Positions 63,205 through 64,000 of a stretch of 64,000 nt of DNA are shown here, piece by piece; within the stretch, counting starts at the first letter, position 1, and every line of letters begins with the position of its first letter. Under the pieces are notes generated by a model, which was given only the letters and a program-made list of their open reading frames with translations, was not told where the DNA came from and made no database searches. Source of the DNA: Longimicrobiales bacterium. GTDB taxonomy: Bacteria; Gemmatimonadota; Gemmatimonadetes; Longimicrobiales; Gaopeijiaceae. The translations under genes and the position numbers were made by a program. The DNA is taken from the NCBI GenBank assembly GCA_965198065.1, contig CBDAON010000004.1:1472001-1536000 (forward strand), written 5' to 3'.

Positions 63205-64000
63205 TCAGTCGACAAGCCGAAGGGGCATCACGAGACAGAGGTAGTCCCGAGCTTCTTCCCCGTCGTCGGAAACGGGCTCGATCGTAGCGGCACGCTCGGG
63301 AGCTTTGAACCCCAAGCGGATCTCGTCTGTCCCTACATAGCGGAGGACCTCGAGGAGATAGTTTGCGTTGAAGCCAATTTGAATGTCTTCCCCTTCGTAG
63401 CTTATTTCCAGCTCATCGTGTGCCTCACCCAGATCTGGTGTCAGCACGTTCAACTCGACTCGGCCGTCCTCGAACTTCATCCGGATCCTGTGTGTCTGCT
63501 CTGACGCGACAGCGGCAACTCGCCTCACTGCCGACTCAAACTCCTTTAGCGCCACAACCGCAAACCGATCGTTGTCCTTTGGAATGACCTGCTCATAGTT
63601 GGGATAAGTTCCGTCGATCAGCCTCGTATAGACCTCGGTACCCCCTGCCGAAAACCCGAGGTGGTTACCCCCCTGCGCTACCTGCACCGTGTCGTCCTCA
63701 CCAAAGAGCCTCTGAACATGCTGAAGTGCTGCCTGCGGCACGATGAGCTGCGTCGTTGTCTGGAGAGATGGTCCGGCGGGAATCGTCATCCTGGCAAGCC
63801 GGTGACCGTTCGTCGCGACCATCCGCATCTCATGATCACGTAGCTCCCATAGCACTCCATTCAGGACGGGCCGGCTCTCCTCGGTTGAGACCGCAAAGGC
63901 AGTATGCCGGATGAGTGACAGGAGATCCCGTCCTGATGCGCTCCATCCACCATCAAATGCAACATCGGGAAGAGTAGGAAAGTCACTGGTAGGGAGACCA
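63205..64000 (-). CDS. dnaN: DNA polymerase III beta clamp (3' part)
   Basis: VATNGHRLA, RLIDGTYPNYEQVIP, IGFNANYL, LVMPLRL. Confidence 0.96.
   Translation of the reverse strand, partial: GLPTSDFPTLPDVAFDGGWSASGRDLLSLIRHTAFAVSTEESRPVLNGVLWELRDHEMRMVATNGHRLARMTIPAGPSLQTTTQLIVPQAALQHVQRLFGEDDTVQVAQGGNHLGFSAGGTEVYTRLIDGTYPNYEQVIPKDNDRFAVVALKEFESAVRRVAAVASEQTHRIRMKFEDGRVELNVLTPDLGEAHDELEISYEGEDIQIGFNANYLLEVLRYVGTDEIRLGFKAPERAATIEPVSDDGEEARDYLCLVMPLRLVD

Overview
High-GC (~68-70%) bacterial chromosome segment. Gene content and style suggest Gemmatimonadota, but this is inference. Both flanks are ordinary core-type genes. The left flank (1-14 kb) has HupE/UreJ, a gluconate-2-dehydrogenase-like GMC pair, a spermidine-synthase fusion, ACT-DUF5612, ltaE and DUF1800/DUF1501. 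The right flank (42-64 kb) has an HD hydrolase, DsbA, VOC, TetR, IS256, tRNA-Asn, a sigma54 two-component operon, pyrE and dnaN. Between them (~13,990-41,890) is a patchwork defence/mobile island ending in a P4-like tyrosine integrase. It carries a tandem zeta-toxin-like cassette array, a decayed type I-G cas operon, an intact 24-repeat type I-E CRISPR array that has lost its leader and most cas genes (a cas5e remnant survives), a NYN nuclease, a 141-bp tandem TPR gene, many IS fragments, and an intact lower-GC 1100-aa SIR2-STAND-TPR-OB protein (Avs-like defence candidate with an altered SIR2 catalytic motif). Features absent from the ORF track include a 6S-like RNA with its own promoter and terminator and a 23-aa Trp-ending peptide in front of a membrane HD-GYP gene. 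A RAPP-motif DUF2946-type leader precedes a TonB receptor. Frequent homopolymer frameshifts and abrupt gene-to-gene joins mean some pseudogenes may be sequencing or assembly artefacts. All family assignments come from motif recognition; no database searches were run.
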